This document shows, one piece after another, positions 44,764 through 53,247 of a DNA stretch of 53,247 bases. The notes under the pieces were generated by a model that saw only the letters and a program-made list of their open reading frames with translations, searched no databases and was not told where the DNA came from. The DNA is from Candidatus Saccharimonadales bacterium (GTDB taxonomy: Bacteria; Patescibacteriota; Saccharimonadia; Saccharimonadales; Saccharimonadaceae). The position numbers were made by a program, and so were the translations under genes. The DNA lies in assembly GCA_036373975.1 (NCBI GenBank), contig DASUUR010000050.1, positions 1 through 53,247 on the forward strand, written 5' to 3'. Position 1 is the stretch's first letter; the number at the start of each line of letters is the position of its first letter.

Positions 44764-45663
44764 ATGAGTAAAGAATATCCACCACAACAACTCCACATTC
44801 CGGTTCTGCTTGAGAGTACGCTCATGACACTAAAACCGCAAAAGGGCGAGAAATATCTCGATCTTACTGCTGGTTATGGTGGCCATGCCCGTGCATTTAT
44901 TACGGCCATAGGCGATGCTAATTTAGCGACGCTTGTTGACCGCGATGATATGGCGATTGCCGAGCTGCAACCTCTGGTTGCGCAAGGTGCGCATCTTTTG
45001 CATACCGATTTCGCACATGCTGCAGAGCAACTCGTTGCAGCAGGTGAAACATTTGATATTGTGCTTGTTGATTTGGGGGTGTCGTCACCGCAACTTGACA
45101 GAGCAGAGCGAGGGTTTTCCTTTCAGCATGATGGACCGCTAGATATGCGCATGGACCGCCGCGAGCAGCTAACCGCTGAGCGCATGGTTAATACGTATAA
45201 AAAAGAACTACTAGCCGATATCATCGCCCGCTATGGTGAAGAACCGCCTCGAATGTCGCTTCGCATTGCCGAAGCAATTGTTCGTAACCGGCCGTTTCGT
45301 ACCACCGCAGAACTCGCCTCTGTAATTGCCAAGACCTATCGTAGCGGATACCATAAAACGCATCCTGCTACGCGTACCTTTCAAGCACTGCGTATGGCGC
45401 TCAACCAAGAGCTCCAGCAAATCGAAACACTACTTCCACTTTTGCCAAAACTTCTTACACCAGGCGGCAGGGTAGGGGTGATTAGTTTTCACAGCCTCGA
45501 AGATAGGCTGGTCAAACGTTTTTTTGCTGAAGCCGATGCGGCAGGCTATGAAGCCGAGCTGCGACTCCTGACAAAAAAGCCTATCGCAGGCGCAACTGAC
45601 GACGTTCACAATCCGCGGTCTCGGAGTGCAAAACTTCGTGCTGCAGTGAAAATAAAAATATAA
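44764..45663 (+). CDS. rsmH: 16S rRNA (cytosine1402-N4)-methyltransferase
   Basis: HIPVLL, DLGVSSPQLD and ISFHSLEDR motifs. The ATG at 44764 lies 8 nt after AGGTGA. Confidence 0.95.
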   Translation: MSKEYPPQQLHIPVLLESTLMTLKPQKGEKYLDLTAGYGGHARAFITAIGDANLATLVDRDDMAIAELQPLVAQGAHLLHTDFAHAAEQLVAAGETFDIVLVDLGVSSPQLDRAERGFSFQHDGPLDMRMDRREQLTAERMVNTYKKELLADIIARYGEEPPRMSLRIAEAIVRNRPFRTTAELASVIAKTYRSGYHKTHPATRTFQALRMALNQELQQIETLLPLLPKLLTPGGRVGVISFHSLEDRLVKRFFAEADAAGYEAELRLLTKKPIAGATDDVHNPRSRSAKLRAAVKIKI

Positions 45664-45816
45664 AAAGAAAGGACTTGCGCTATGCCAATTGTAGTAGTAG
45701 ACAAGTCACGCGCAACTAAAATCACCGTTACCCGCGGTTAATTAGTGTGTCTAGGCGGCTGGACTACGGACCAGTCGCCACCAAAACAGAAATAAAAATC
45801 CAATCATAAATAACAC

Positions 45817-46164
45817 ATGGCAAATTATCGAAACACTACATATACGGGTAACACGCATCAGTGGCGGCGTAATCAAAACACAGTTGCGTTTAAGCCTGTT
45901 GCAAAACTTGGCCCAGTAACGCACACTGTACTTGTCGCTTTGATGATCGCCGTTCTTGGGCTCATCTACTTAACGCAGATCACTAAAACCAGCACTTATG
46001 GGTACGAACTGAGCGATCTTGATGCAAAACGGACCGAACTTATTAGTCAAAAAAGTGATCTTGAGGTAGAAAATGCTCGTTTGCAGGCCCTTGAACGCGT
46101 TGAAGCCAGTAGTGTTGCTCGTGCGTTAACGGCGCCAGCTAGTACCGAAACTATGCGCAATTAG
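45817..46164 (+). CDS. ftsL: cell division protein FtsL-like (single TM + coiled coil)
   Basis: Its position between rsmH and ftsI, a TM helix (VLVALMIAVLGLIYL), then a leucine-zipper-like coiled coil. Confidence 0.65.
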   Translation: MANYRNTTYTGNTHQWRRNQNTVAFKPVAKLGPVTHTVLVALMIAVLGLIYLTQITKTSTYGYELSDLDAKRTELISQKSDLEVENARLQALERVEASSVARALTAPASTETMRN

Positions 46165-46165
46165 T

Positions 46166-47911
46166 ATGAATCTCACTTTTCGCCCCCACAGCAGATCGAA
46201 GGTCTTAGCCATAGGCCTTCTTGCTATAATTGCGATCTTTGTCCTGCAACTTTTTAATCTGCAGATTTTGCAGCACGCCCACTATAAGGCCGAGGCCGAG
46301 AAGGAACAAGTTGCAAAGCTCACGTTGCCGGCTAAACGCGGTAAGATATTCATGCAAGACAGGGGTAATTTGGCGCCGTTAGTGCTGAATGAGCCGATTT
46401 ATACGGCGTACGCCGACCCGCACGAAGTTGAGGACCCTAACAAAATTGCAGAAAAAATCCGCCAGATCGCTGGTGGTACATTAGTAAAAGATTTTGAAGA
46501 CGGCCTTGCGAATAAAAAGTTACGCTACACTGTGCTTGCTCGCCAGCTTAGCCGCAAGCAGGCGGAATTGCTCAAGAAGGAAAATCTCGCCGGTGTCGGT
46601 TTGCAAGAGAGTGACCGCAGAGTGTATCCGGAGGGCTCTCTGGCCGCGCAGCTGCTGGGGTACGTCAATACTAATGGCGAGGGCCAATATGGTCTTGAGC
46701 AGGCGGTTGATGAGCGCCTGAGGGGCAAGGATGGGCGTCTACAGGCTGTAACTGATGTCCGCCGCATCCCGCTTACCATTGGGCGCAACGATATTCGGGA
46801 GCCAGCTAAAAACGGCGATGATTTGGTGTTAACGATCGATCGGAATATTCAGTCATATGCTGAGCGGGCTCTGCGCAACGGGCTCAAAGCTGCTAAGGCA
46901 ACCCAGGGGAGCGTAGTGGTTATCGATCCAAACTCCGGTGCGATTCAGGCAATGGCAAATTACCCCACCTACAACCCAGAGAAGTATAACCAAGTAAAAG
47001 ATTACGGGGTGTTCCAGAACAAAGTGGTCACCGAGCCGTACGAGGCCGGTTCAGTAATAAAAACGCTCACCATGGGTGTTGGCCTCGATACGGGTGCTGT
47101 ACGGCGGGAGACAACCTTTAACAACACTGGTTCTATAAGGGTTGATGACACGACCATTAGCAATGTCGAAGAAGATCCGATTAACCCGGCAGCCACCATG
47201 ACCGATGTGCTGCATTACTCGCTAAACACCGGGGTGGTCCATATTCTTAAAGAGTTAGGTGGTGGTCACTTTAATATGCAGTCTCGCAAGGTTTTGTACG
47301 ACTATTTTACGCAGCATTACTATTTTGGCAAAAAAACTGGTGTTGAGCAGGCTGGTGAACAGCGCGGCACGGTAATTCCTCCTACCGAAGTGCAGGGTAA
47401 TAATGTGCGATATGCCAATATGACATTTGGCCAGGGTATGGACGTCACCATGCTGCAATCGGCGGCGGCCTTCTCGGCGGCAGTAAATGGCGGAACGTAT
47501 TACAAGCCACACTTAATTGCTGGCACGCGCGCAAACGATGGCTCAGTGAAAGAAGAACAGGTTAAGGTAGTGCGCCAGGGCGTGCTCAAGCGAGAAGTGT
47601 CGTTAACTCTACGCGACATGATCTTTAAAGCGCGGCAGCTCGGCGTGCTTGGTGGCAAGGATCGTGGCTATTTTGTAGGGGGTAAAACCGGTACCTCGCA
47701 GATTATCGACCCAAAAACCGGGCAGTACACTGACGATAACTCAATTGGTAGCTACTTAGGTTTCGGTGGTGATTCTACCCCTAAATATGTCATAATGGTG
47801 CAAGTAAAAGATTCCAAACTTCCAGGCTACGCCGGTACGACTGCAGCCGGACCAATCTTTACTGATATTTCCAACTGGATGATAGATTATTTGAAGCTAG
47901 AGCCAAGATAG
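46166..47911 (+). CDS. ftsI: penicillin-binding protein 2/3-type transpeptidase
   Basis: SxxK (SVIK), SxN (SLN) and KTG (KTGTS) motifs, with an N-terminal TM anchor. Confidence 0.9.
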   Translation: MNLTFRPHSRSKVLAIGLLAIIAIFVLQLFNLQILQHAHYKAEAEKEQVAKLTLPAKRGKIFMQDRGNLAPLVLNEPIYTAYADPHEVEDPNKIAEKIRQIAGGTLVKDFEDGLANKKLRYTVLARQLSRKQAELLKKENLAGVGLQESDRRVYPEGSLAAQLLGYVNTNGEGQYGLEQAVDERLRGKDGRLQAVTDVRRIPLTIGRNDIREPAKNGDDLVLTIDRNIQSYAERALRNGLKAAKATQGSVVVIDPNSGAIQAMANYPTYNPEKYNQVKDYGVFQNKVVTEPYEAGSVIKTLTMGVGLDTGAVRRETTFNNTGSIRVDDTTISNVEEDPINPAATMTDVLHYSLNTGVVHILKELGGGHFNMQSRKVLYDYFTQHYYFGKKTGVEQAGEQRGTVIPPTEVQGNNVRYANMTFGQGMDVTMLQSAAAFSAAVNGGTYYKPHLIAGTRANDGSVKEEQVKVVRQGVLKREVSLTLRDMIFKARQLGVLGGKDRGYFVGGKTGTSQIIDPKTGQYTDDNSIGSYLGFGGDSTPKYVIMVQVKDSKLPGYAGTTAAGPIFTDISNWMIDYLKLEPR

Positions 47912-47926
47912 GAGGAATCTATAGCA

Positions 47927-48964
47927 ATGGACGCCACAATCGCCGAAATAACAAATGAACTGGTAAAGATATTTGCTCTAAGTGTCGGTTCGTTTGTTCT
48001 GGCCATGGTGCTTACGCCGCTTTATACCTTTGCGGCCTATCGCTACCGATTCTGGAAACAACAGCGCAGCACCTCAACAACTGGCGAACAGCTCAGCGTA
48101 TTTACCAAGCTTCATGCGGCCAAGTTTAAGCGCCAAATCCCAACCATGGCTGGTATTATAGCGGTGGTTGCTATTAGCTTGGTGACGCTTTTTGGTAATT
48201 TGGATCGCCAGCAAACTTGGCTGCCCATTGCGGCGCTGCTTGGGGGCGGATTAATTGGGCTGCTTGATGACATTATCAATATTCGTGGGCTTGGCGGTGG
48301 TGTAAAAGGCCTGCGTTCAAGCGTAAAGTTCCTTATGATAACGGTGGTAGCCCTGGCCCTCGCATGGTTCTTTTACGTTAAGCTTGGTTATCACGAAGTC
48401 CATATTCCTTTTGTAGGGGACTTTACAATAGGGGTGTTTATAGTGCCCCTCTTCGTGTTTGCGGTGGTTGCTACCAGTAATGCAGTCAATATCAGTGACG
48501 GGCTCGATGGGCTCGCAGGCGGGCTCCTGGCGACCTCATATGCGGTATTTGCACTCATCGCATTGCTACAAGGTAACTTTGGTATCGCCGGCTTCTGTTT
48601 TACGGTGCTGGGGGCGTTGCTTAGCTATCTGTGGTTTAATATTTACCCCGCACGGTTTTTTATGGGAGATGTCGGCTCGTTTGCGCTCGGTACGGCACTG
48701 GGCGTGGTGGCCATGCTTACGGACACCCTGTTCCTTTTGCCAATCATTGGTTTGTTATTTGTGCTTGAAGCCGGTTCCAGCCTTGTCCAAATAGTAAGCA
48801 AACGAGTGTTCAAGCGTAAGATATTCCTGTCGGCGCCATTGCATCATCACCTCGAAGCCAAAGGATGGCCCGAAACCAAGGTAACCATGCGGTTTTGGGT
48901 AATTGCACAGGTACTGGGAAGTATCGGGTTGCTGGTTGCGCTGGCAGGGGGCCACATTAAGTGA
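47927..48964 (+). CDS. mraY: phospho-N-acetylmuramoyl-pentapeptide transferase
   Basis: NAVNISDGLDGLAGG and FMGDVGSFALG motifs; AGGAGG SD. Confidence 0.95.
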   Translation: MDATIAEITNELVKIFALSVGSFVLAMVLTPLYTFAAYRYRFWKQQRSTSTTGEQLSVFTKLHAAKFKRQIPTMAGIIAVVAISLVTLFGNLDRQQTWLPIAALLGGGLIGLLDDIINIRGLGGGVKGLRSSVKFLMITVVALALAWFFYVKLGYHEVHIPFVGDFTIGVFIVPLFVFAVVATSNAVNISDGLDGLAGGLLATSYAVFALIALLQGNFGIAGFCFTVLGALLSYLWFNIYPARFFMGDVGSFALGTALGVVAMLTDTLFLLPIIGLLFVLEAGSSLVQIVSKRVFKRKIFLSAPLHHHLEAKGWPETKVTMRFWVIAQVLGSIGLLVALAGGHIK

Positions 48965-50235
48965 GGCAGCGCCTGCAGCAAGCATCGCAGGTGGCAGGCG
49001 GGCTTATTCGGCGCCATCGCCCTGATTACCAGATAATTCTGTTTATGGGTGTGCTCATGCTACTTGGGCTTGTTGTTTTATATTCTATTAGCACGGCACG
49101 TGTGGAGTTGATCAATACCGGGGGTAGCTCACTCGATCAAGCACACTTTATGCAGCGTCAATTACTGTACCTGCTGGCTGGATTGGTTGGCTTTGGTATC
49201 GCTGCTTCGGTCCCGATTGCTCTTTGGCAGAAGTATGCCAGCAAGATTTTGTTACTGGCCTTTGGCGCCTGTGTTGTATTGGCGATCACGGGGGCGCTGG
49301 GTGTGTGGCCAGCCTTGTGTACTTCGGGTGCCTGTCGCTGGTTTGACGTGGGTTTCGGTACTTTTCAACCTGCCGAGCTAGTGAAGTTTGGACTGCTGCT
49401 GTTCTTGGCTGGCTTTTTAGGGCGACGTATGGCCCAGAAGAAGATCAACAGCGTATCGGAGACACTGGTTCCCCTTGGTATTATTGTAGGAATCGCAACA
49501 TTCTTTATTGTTGTATTGCAAAAGGATATGGGGAGCGGCATTGCGATGCTGGGGCTGGTGGCCACGATGCTGTTTATCGCTGGTATCAACAAACGAAACG
49601 GGCTGCTAGTGGCCGGGGTCTTGCTTGGAGCAGGGGTGCTGCTTATTCTAATTGCGCCACATCGCTTAGAACGAGTCGCGACCTTCCTAGACCCATCACA
49701 AGATACGCGTGATTCCAGCTATCACATTACCCAGGCAAAGATTGCTATCGGCAGTGGGGGATTGTTCGGAGTAGGTCTAGGGCAGGGCGTGCAGGCCTTC
49801 GGCTATTTGCCAGAGGCGGTTAACGATTCAATATTTGCAGTTATGGGTGAGGTGTTCGGCTTTGCAGGGTTACTAGCGATTCTGGCGCTGTTTATTGCAT
49901 TGCTGCTGCGTATTCTTATGATTACCGATGCGATCCACGATCCACCCATGCGACTATTGGTGGCGGGTGCCTTTGGCTGGATTGCTACGCATGTATTAGT
50001 TAACATTGGGGCTATGATTGGCATATTTCCGCTCACCGGTGTGACGCTGCCGCTTCTAAGCTTTGGTGGCACAAGTTTGCTATTTATGATGCTGGCGCTT
50101 GGGCTGGTATTTCAGGCGTCTAGGTACACCTCACATACAAAAGATGGGAAAGGAGATGGTAATGAGAATTCTTACAGTCGGCGGCGGCTCGGGGGGTCAC
50201 GTCACACCAGTGGTGGCCGTCGTTCGCGAGCTTAA
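48961..50235 (+). CDS. ftsW: SEDS-family peptidoglycan polymerase FtsW/RodA
   Basis: Ten-TM SEDS architecture with the LQKDMGS and GLGQGVQ..YLPEAVNDSIFAV motifs. GTG start overlaps the mraY stop. Confidence 0.9.
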   Translation: MRQRLQQASQVAGGLIRRHRPDYQIILFMGVLMLLGLVVLYSISTARVELINTGGSSLDQAHFMQRQLLYLLAGLVGFGIAASVPIALWQKYASKILLLAFGACVVLAITGALGVWPALCTSGACRWFDVGFGTFQPAELVKFGLLLFLAGFLGRRMAQKKINSVSETLVPLGIIVGIATFFIVVLQKDMGSGIAMLGLVATMLFIAGINKRNGLLVAGVLLGAGVLLILIAPHRLERVATFLDPSQDTRDSSYHITQAKIAIGSGGLFGVGLGQGVQAFGYLPEAVNDSIFAVMGEVFGFAGLLAILALFIALLLRILMITDAIHDPPMRLLVAGAFGWIATHVLVNIGAMIGIFPLTGVTLPLLSFGGTSLLFMMLALGLVFQASRYTSHTKDGKGDGNENSYSRRRLGGSRHTSGGRRSRA

Positions 50236-51313
50236 AAAACGTAACCCTCAGGCAGAGATCCAGTTCTGGTGTGACCGTTCTTTTGGCTCACAGGCAAGGC
50301 GCTTAATGTCAGCCGCCGATAGCTCTATCCGTGTACGTACAATAGCCTCTGGTAAGCTGCGGCGATACCATGGTGTGTCGGTGTGGAGTCACCTGCTTGA
50401 TGTCTCAACAATCGCCAAAAATCTGGTCGACAGCTTTAAGATTGTCGTAGGCTTTTTGCAGAGCTTTGTGCGACTCATTGTCTGGCGTCCAGATGTGATT
50501 TTTACCAAAGGTGGTTTTGTCTGCCTGCCTGTCGGTGTAGCTGCGCATGTCTTGCGAATTCCTCTTGTTATTCACGACTCCGATGCGCTCCCGGGTTTAA
50601 CTAATCGGGTGTTGGCGCGTTTTGCGGACGTCATTCTGACTGGGGCACCGCTCGAAAACTACAAGTATCCGCCTGCTAAGACAACCTATGTAGGTATCCC
50701 GGTTGACGCTGCTTTTCGCCCCTATACTGTCGCCGAGAAAGCTCAGGCTAAGCAGCGCCTAGGCTTTCCTGCAGACAAGCCATTAATAGTGGTGACGGGC
50801 GGTGGCCTAGGTGCGCGCCGAATCAACAACGCGGTGGCGGCGATCGCCGACAGGCTCCTTGCCGCTGCTTCGGTGCTGCATATTTCTGGTGCGGGGCAAT
50901 ATGATGCACTACGCCAAAGGATACCTAAGCACGCACAGTATCGTTTGGAGTCATTTGTTTCAGAAGGAATGGCGGATATATTTGGAGCGGCCGATGTTGT
51001 CATTACACGCGCAGGGGCGAGCTCACTACAGGAGCTGGCGGCCAGCGCTGCACCAACTATTTTGGTGCCAAATCCACTGCTTACTGGTGGCCATCAGCTT
51101 AAGAATGCTGCTGTATACGAGCGTGCAAAGGCTGCAATCGTTATGGATGAAGAAGCGATGGCTAAGGACGCCGATGTGCTGCTTAAGGCAATAACCAGCC
51201 TACTAGAAGAGAGCAAGGCCCGGGAGGCAATTGGTGCAGCGCTTCACAAATTCGCACGTCCCAATGCCGCAAAAGAAGTGGCAGATGCTATTATGAATAT
51301 AGTGAAAAAATAG
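50162..51313 (+). CDS. murG: UDP-N-acetylglucosamine--N-acetylmuramyl-(pentapeptide) pyrophosphoryl-undecaprenol GlcNAc transferase
   Basis: MRILTVGGGSGGHVTP N-terminus after AAGGAG, and the C-terminal ITRAGASSLQELA motif. The ORF-track start at 50099 is too early. Confidence 0.9.
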   Translation: MRILTVGGGSGGHVTPVVAVVRELKKRNPQAEIQFWCDRSFGSQARRLMSAADSSIRVRTIASGKLRRYHGVSVWSHLLDVSTIAKNLVDSFKIVVGFLQSFVRLIVWRPDVIFTKGGFVCLPVGVAAHVLRIPLVIHDSDALPGLTNRVLARFADVILTGAPLENYKYPPAKTTYVGIPVDAAFRPYTVAEKAQAKQRLGFPADKPLIVVTGGGLGARRINNAVAAIADRLLAAASVLHISGAGQYDALRQRIPKHAQYRLESFVSEGMADIFGAADVVITRAGASSLQELAASAAPTILVPNPLLTGGHQLKNAAVYERAKAAIVMDEEAMAKDADVLLKAITSLLEESKAREAIGAALHKFARPNAAKEVADAIMNIVKK

Positions 51314-51332
51314 AAACAAAATAAGGAATACA

Positions 51333-52262
51333 GTGGGCCTGTTCAGTAAAAAACCCGCGCGCGAGAGTGAATCGCGACGCAATCCTTCGCTCATGAAGGG
51401 TCAAGATGACTATACATTTCGCCGGAGTCGAACGCTGACCGGTAGTGTTTCGCCTGAGGTAAAATCAGCAAGCGAACAAAAGGCGCGACTTAAGTCCCCA
51501 CGCCTAAAGGAACATGAGCTTCGGGCACAACGACGCAAGCTTTTTATGGGGGCGGTTGCGCTTTTGTGTGCAGCTGGGCTCATCTACTGGCTTTTAACCC
51601 AGTTTACTGCCCGGATCTCGGCAATTATTTATACGCCGGCGCCGCTGCAATCACCAGACACCCCCCACTATACTGAGGCAATTCAGTCATACCTGCGTGG
51701 GCGACCCCTGGAGCGTTTTAGCTTTTCCTTGGATGAAGGGCGCCTCACCGCCTACGTCCAGCAAAAGATGCCTGAGGTGGAGCAAGTTCGGTTGAACTCC
51801 GATGGTGCACTTGGGAGCGATACCTTTACGATTAAGCTCAGGATGCCCGAGGTTGGTTGGCGAGTCAAGGATACGCAGTATTATGTTGATGGCAACGGAG
51901 CTTCATTTAAGGTTAATTATTTTAAGCCCCCAGCAGTCACTATTAAAGATGAGAGCGGCGTATCACCTAGCGGCACTAGCGCGCTTGCCTCACAGCGCTT
52001 TTTAGGGTTTGTCGGACGCGTAGTGGCTTTAACTAACGCCTCTGGGATTGGAACCGTCAAACAAGTTGTCATTCCACCCGGTACAGCAAGGAGTGTCGAA
52101 ATTGGTCTTAAAGGGAAGGGGACAGTAATCAAAATGCATATTGATCGTGACCCTGCTAGTCAAGTAGAGGATGCGCGTTTAAGCATGAAACACTTTAGGG
52201 CGCACAACCTTAAGCCAAAGTATGTTGATGTCCGCGTAGCAGGGAAGGCCTACTTCCGCTAA
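51333..52262 (+). CDS. ftsQ: cell division protein FtsQ/DivIB-like
   Basis: Its position after murG, a basic N-terminal tail, a single TM helix (LFMGAVALLCAAGLIYWLL), and an extracytoplasmic POTRA-like region. Confidence 0.6.
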   Translation: MGLFSKKPARESESRRNPSLMKGQDDYTFRRSRTLTGSVSPEVKSASEQKARLKSPRLKEHELRAQRRKLFMGAVALLCAAGLIYWLLTQFTARISAIIYTPAPLQSPDTPHYTEAIQSYLRGRPLERFSFSLDEGRLTAYVQQKMPEVEQVRLNSDGALGSDTFTIKLRMPEVGWRVKDTQYYVDGNGASFKVNYFKPPAVTIKDESGVSPSGTSALASQRFLGFVGRVVALTNASGIGTVKQVVIPPGTARSVEIGLKGKGTVIKMHIDRDPASQVEDARLSMKHFRAHNLKPKYVDVRVAGKAYFR

Positions 52263-52841
52263 CCCCCTATTCTACCGTGTTCTATTTCTGTTCTAATCTA
52301 AATGGCGGATGCTTTCTGTAGAAAAATATATATTGAAACTAATTTACGAAAAAGCAAATATTTGCGGGCAGTGTAGGGTGGGGGTGTGGAAAAGTCGTGA
52401 AAACGTATATTACAAAGCGAAATTGTGAAAAGTCAAAATAATATAAAAAGCAACGTGCAGCGTTAGCCACCCAATTGCATCCCTGAGCAGTTAGTGGCTC
52501 GTAAAGATCAAAGGTCTGGTTACATTAAACAACCGTACTTACTAGCAATTTTAGAGTGAAAGTGCCAAATGCTCCCCCGCCAGGACGTATTAGTTATCGC
52601 GGTGATAAGTAATACTTCATGTCGTAAAAGAATCATTGTGCGACGTTAACTCTATATCCCTCTCTAAAGTGAATCCATACTCTATGTTGCTCTCTTGTTG
52701 TGTTTTGCGATGCTTCTTTCCTTTTGTATGTCCATACCCTCTTCGTGGCATGCGCGGCGATGTTGATCGTAAATTAAACGATTATACTAACCACGACCAA
52801 TCTTTCCTGTATTTTTATTTTGTTCTATTTTTGTTCGTACA

Positions 52842-53192
52842 TTAACTGAGCCAGGTAATCTGGATCACAAAGGGCAAGAAGCCGCAAAGCGTGATAGACA
52901 CACCTAAAAGAATCCCTATGCCTATGTATCTATCACTAAATTCATATACTTTGCTTAGGGTGGGTATATCTTCGGCACTTTGGGTATTTCTTAGTGCTAC
53001 TGTAAGCGCCTCACTTACCTTCTCATCATGGCCGTTTTTCATAAACTGAAGTGCAGCCGTGTTTAGATCCACACGCTGTTTGTTAATGAAGATCACTAAC
53101 TCTACTAAATATTCACTGATGGCCTTTCGGCAAATAAAACTAAAGATACAAGCACAAGTCATTATGATCATGCCTATGATAAAGAATGGCAT
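52842..53192 (-). CDS. hypothetical membrane protein (low GC); frame remains open upstream to the window edge
   Basis: Two terminal hydrophobic helices. There is no in-frame stop between 53193 and 53247, so the true start may lie beyond the window. Confidence 0.4.
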   Translation of the reverse strand: MPFFIIGMIIMTCACIFSFICRKAISEYLVELVIFINKQRVDLNTAALQFMKNGHDEKVSEALTVALRNTQSAEDIPTLSKVYEFSDRYIGIGILLGVSITLCGFLPFVIQITWLS

Positions 53193-53247
53193 GATTTTAA
53201 TCTTTGTGCTCAGGGCATCAACCGTAAGAACTGTGAGGGCGCCACCG

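Noticed and set aside
45680-45739. 19-codon sORF (MPIVVVDKSRATKITVTRG) between rsmH and ftsL
   Set aside because: It is too short and has only a weak AAAGGA SD, and I cannot judge its conservation. I did not call it as a gene.
52381-52400. GGAAAAGTCG, resembling the RNase P RNA P4 motif (GGAAAGUCC)
   Set aside because: None of the other universally conserved RNase P elements are present, and the surrounding sequence is AT-rich and unstructured.
52636-52845. 69-aa plus-strand ORF in the long intergenic region
   Set aside because: It is Cys/Phe/Leu-rich, has no SD or promoter, and overlaps the stop of the convergent gene. It is probably spurious.
1-53247. Alternative genetic code (UGA as Gly or Trp, as in some CPR/Mollicutes)
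   Set aside because: Native genes terminate at TGA: the histidine kinase, the response regulator and the Pif1 helicase. Conserved proteins are full-length with no in-frame TGA, so the standard code 11 fits.
1-53247. CRISPR arrays, tRNA/rRNA/tmRNA genes, IS transposases and integrases
   Set aside because: Scanning intergenic regions by eye, I found no regularly spaced direct repeats, no tRNA-like T-loop/acceptor signatures, and no transposase- or integrase-like ORFs. A covariance-model search is still needed to be certain about small RNAs.

Overview
This 53.2-kb window is compact and mostly plus-strand, and carries core bacterial housekeeping genes. In order these are rpsB-tsf-frr-uppS-rseP, proS, greA, lysS, serS, hpf-secA, murD, prfB, ftsEX, rpmA, xseAB, recO and glyQS. 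A reduced dcw cluster follows: mraZ-rsmH-ftsL-ftsI-mraY-ftsW-murG-ftsQ. The operons are stripped down: there is no pyrH, cdsA or dxr, no murE/F/C, ddl, ftsA or ftsZ in the dcw cluster, and ProRS is short. Together with the gene content, this suggests a small-genome Patescibacteria/CPR organism (Saccharibacteria-like); that is inference only. TGA is used as a stop in native genes, so the standard bacterial code applies. I found no rRNA, tRNA, CRISPR array or recognisable transposase.

The non-routine content falls into six groups:
- Several short ORFan cassettes with strongly G/C-ending codons sit between housekeeping operons. Most are bounded by a GC-rich hairpin, and two have AT-rich native-looking promoters.
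- An accessory stretch at about 34.9-41.4 kb holds an RNase HI-PNPOx-like fusion, a three-ORF minus-strand module with an in-frame TAG, an orphan DUF4868 (KwaB-like) gene, and a Pif1-family helicase translationally coupled to an unknown 252-aa protein.
- Upstream of mraZ there is a phased GTGGGTA repeat array next to a small cluster of DnaA-box-like 9-mers.
- A 25-bp long-range inverted repeat between mraZ and rsmH buries the rsmH Shine-Dalgarno.
- Many first-in-operon genes have a -10 hexamer only 6-9 nt from the ATG, suggesting leaderless mRNAs.
- About 580 bp of non-coding, AT-rich DNA lies where ftsA/ftsZ would be expected.

All functional calls come from motif reading of the translated ORFs. 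No database search was run.
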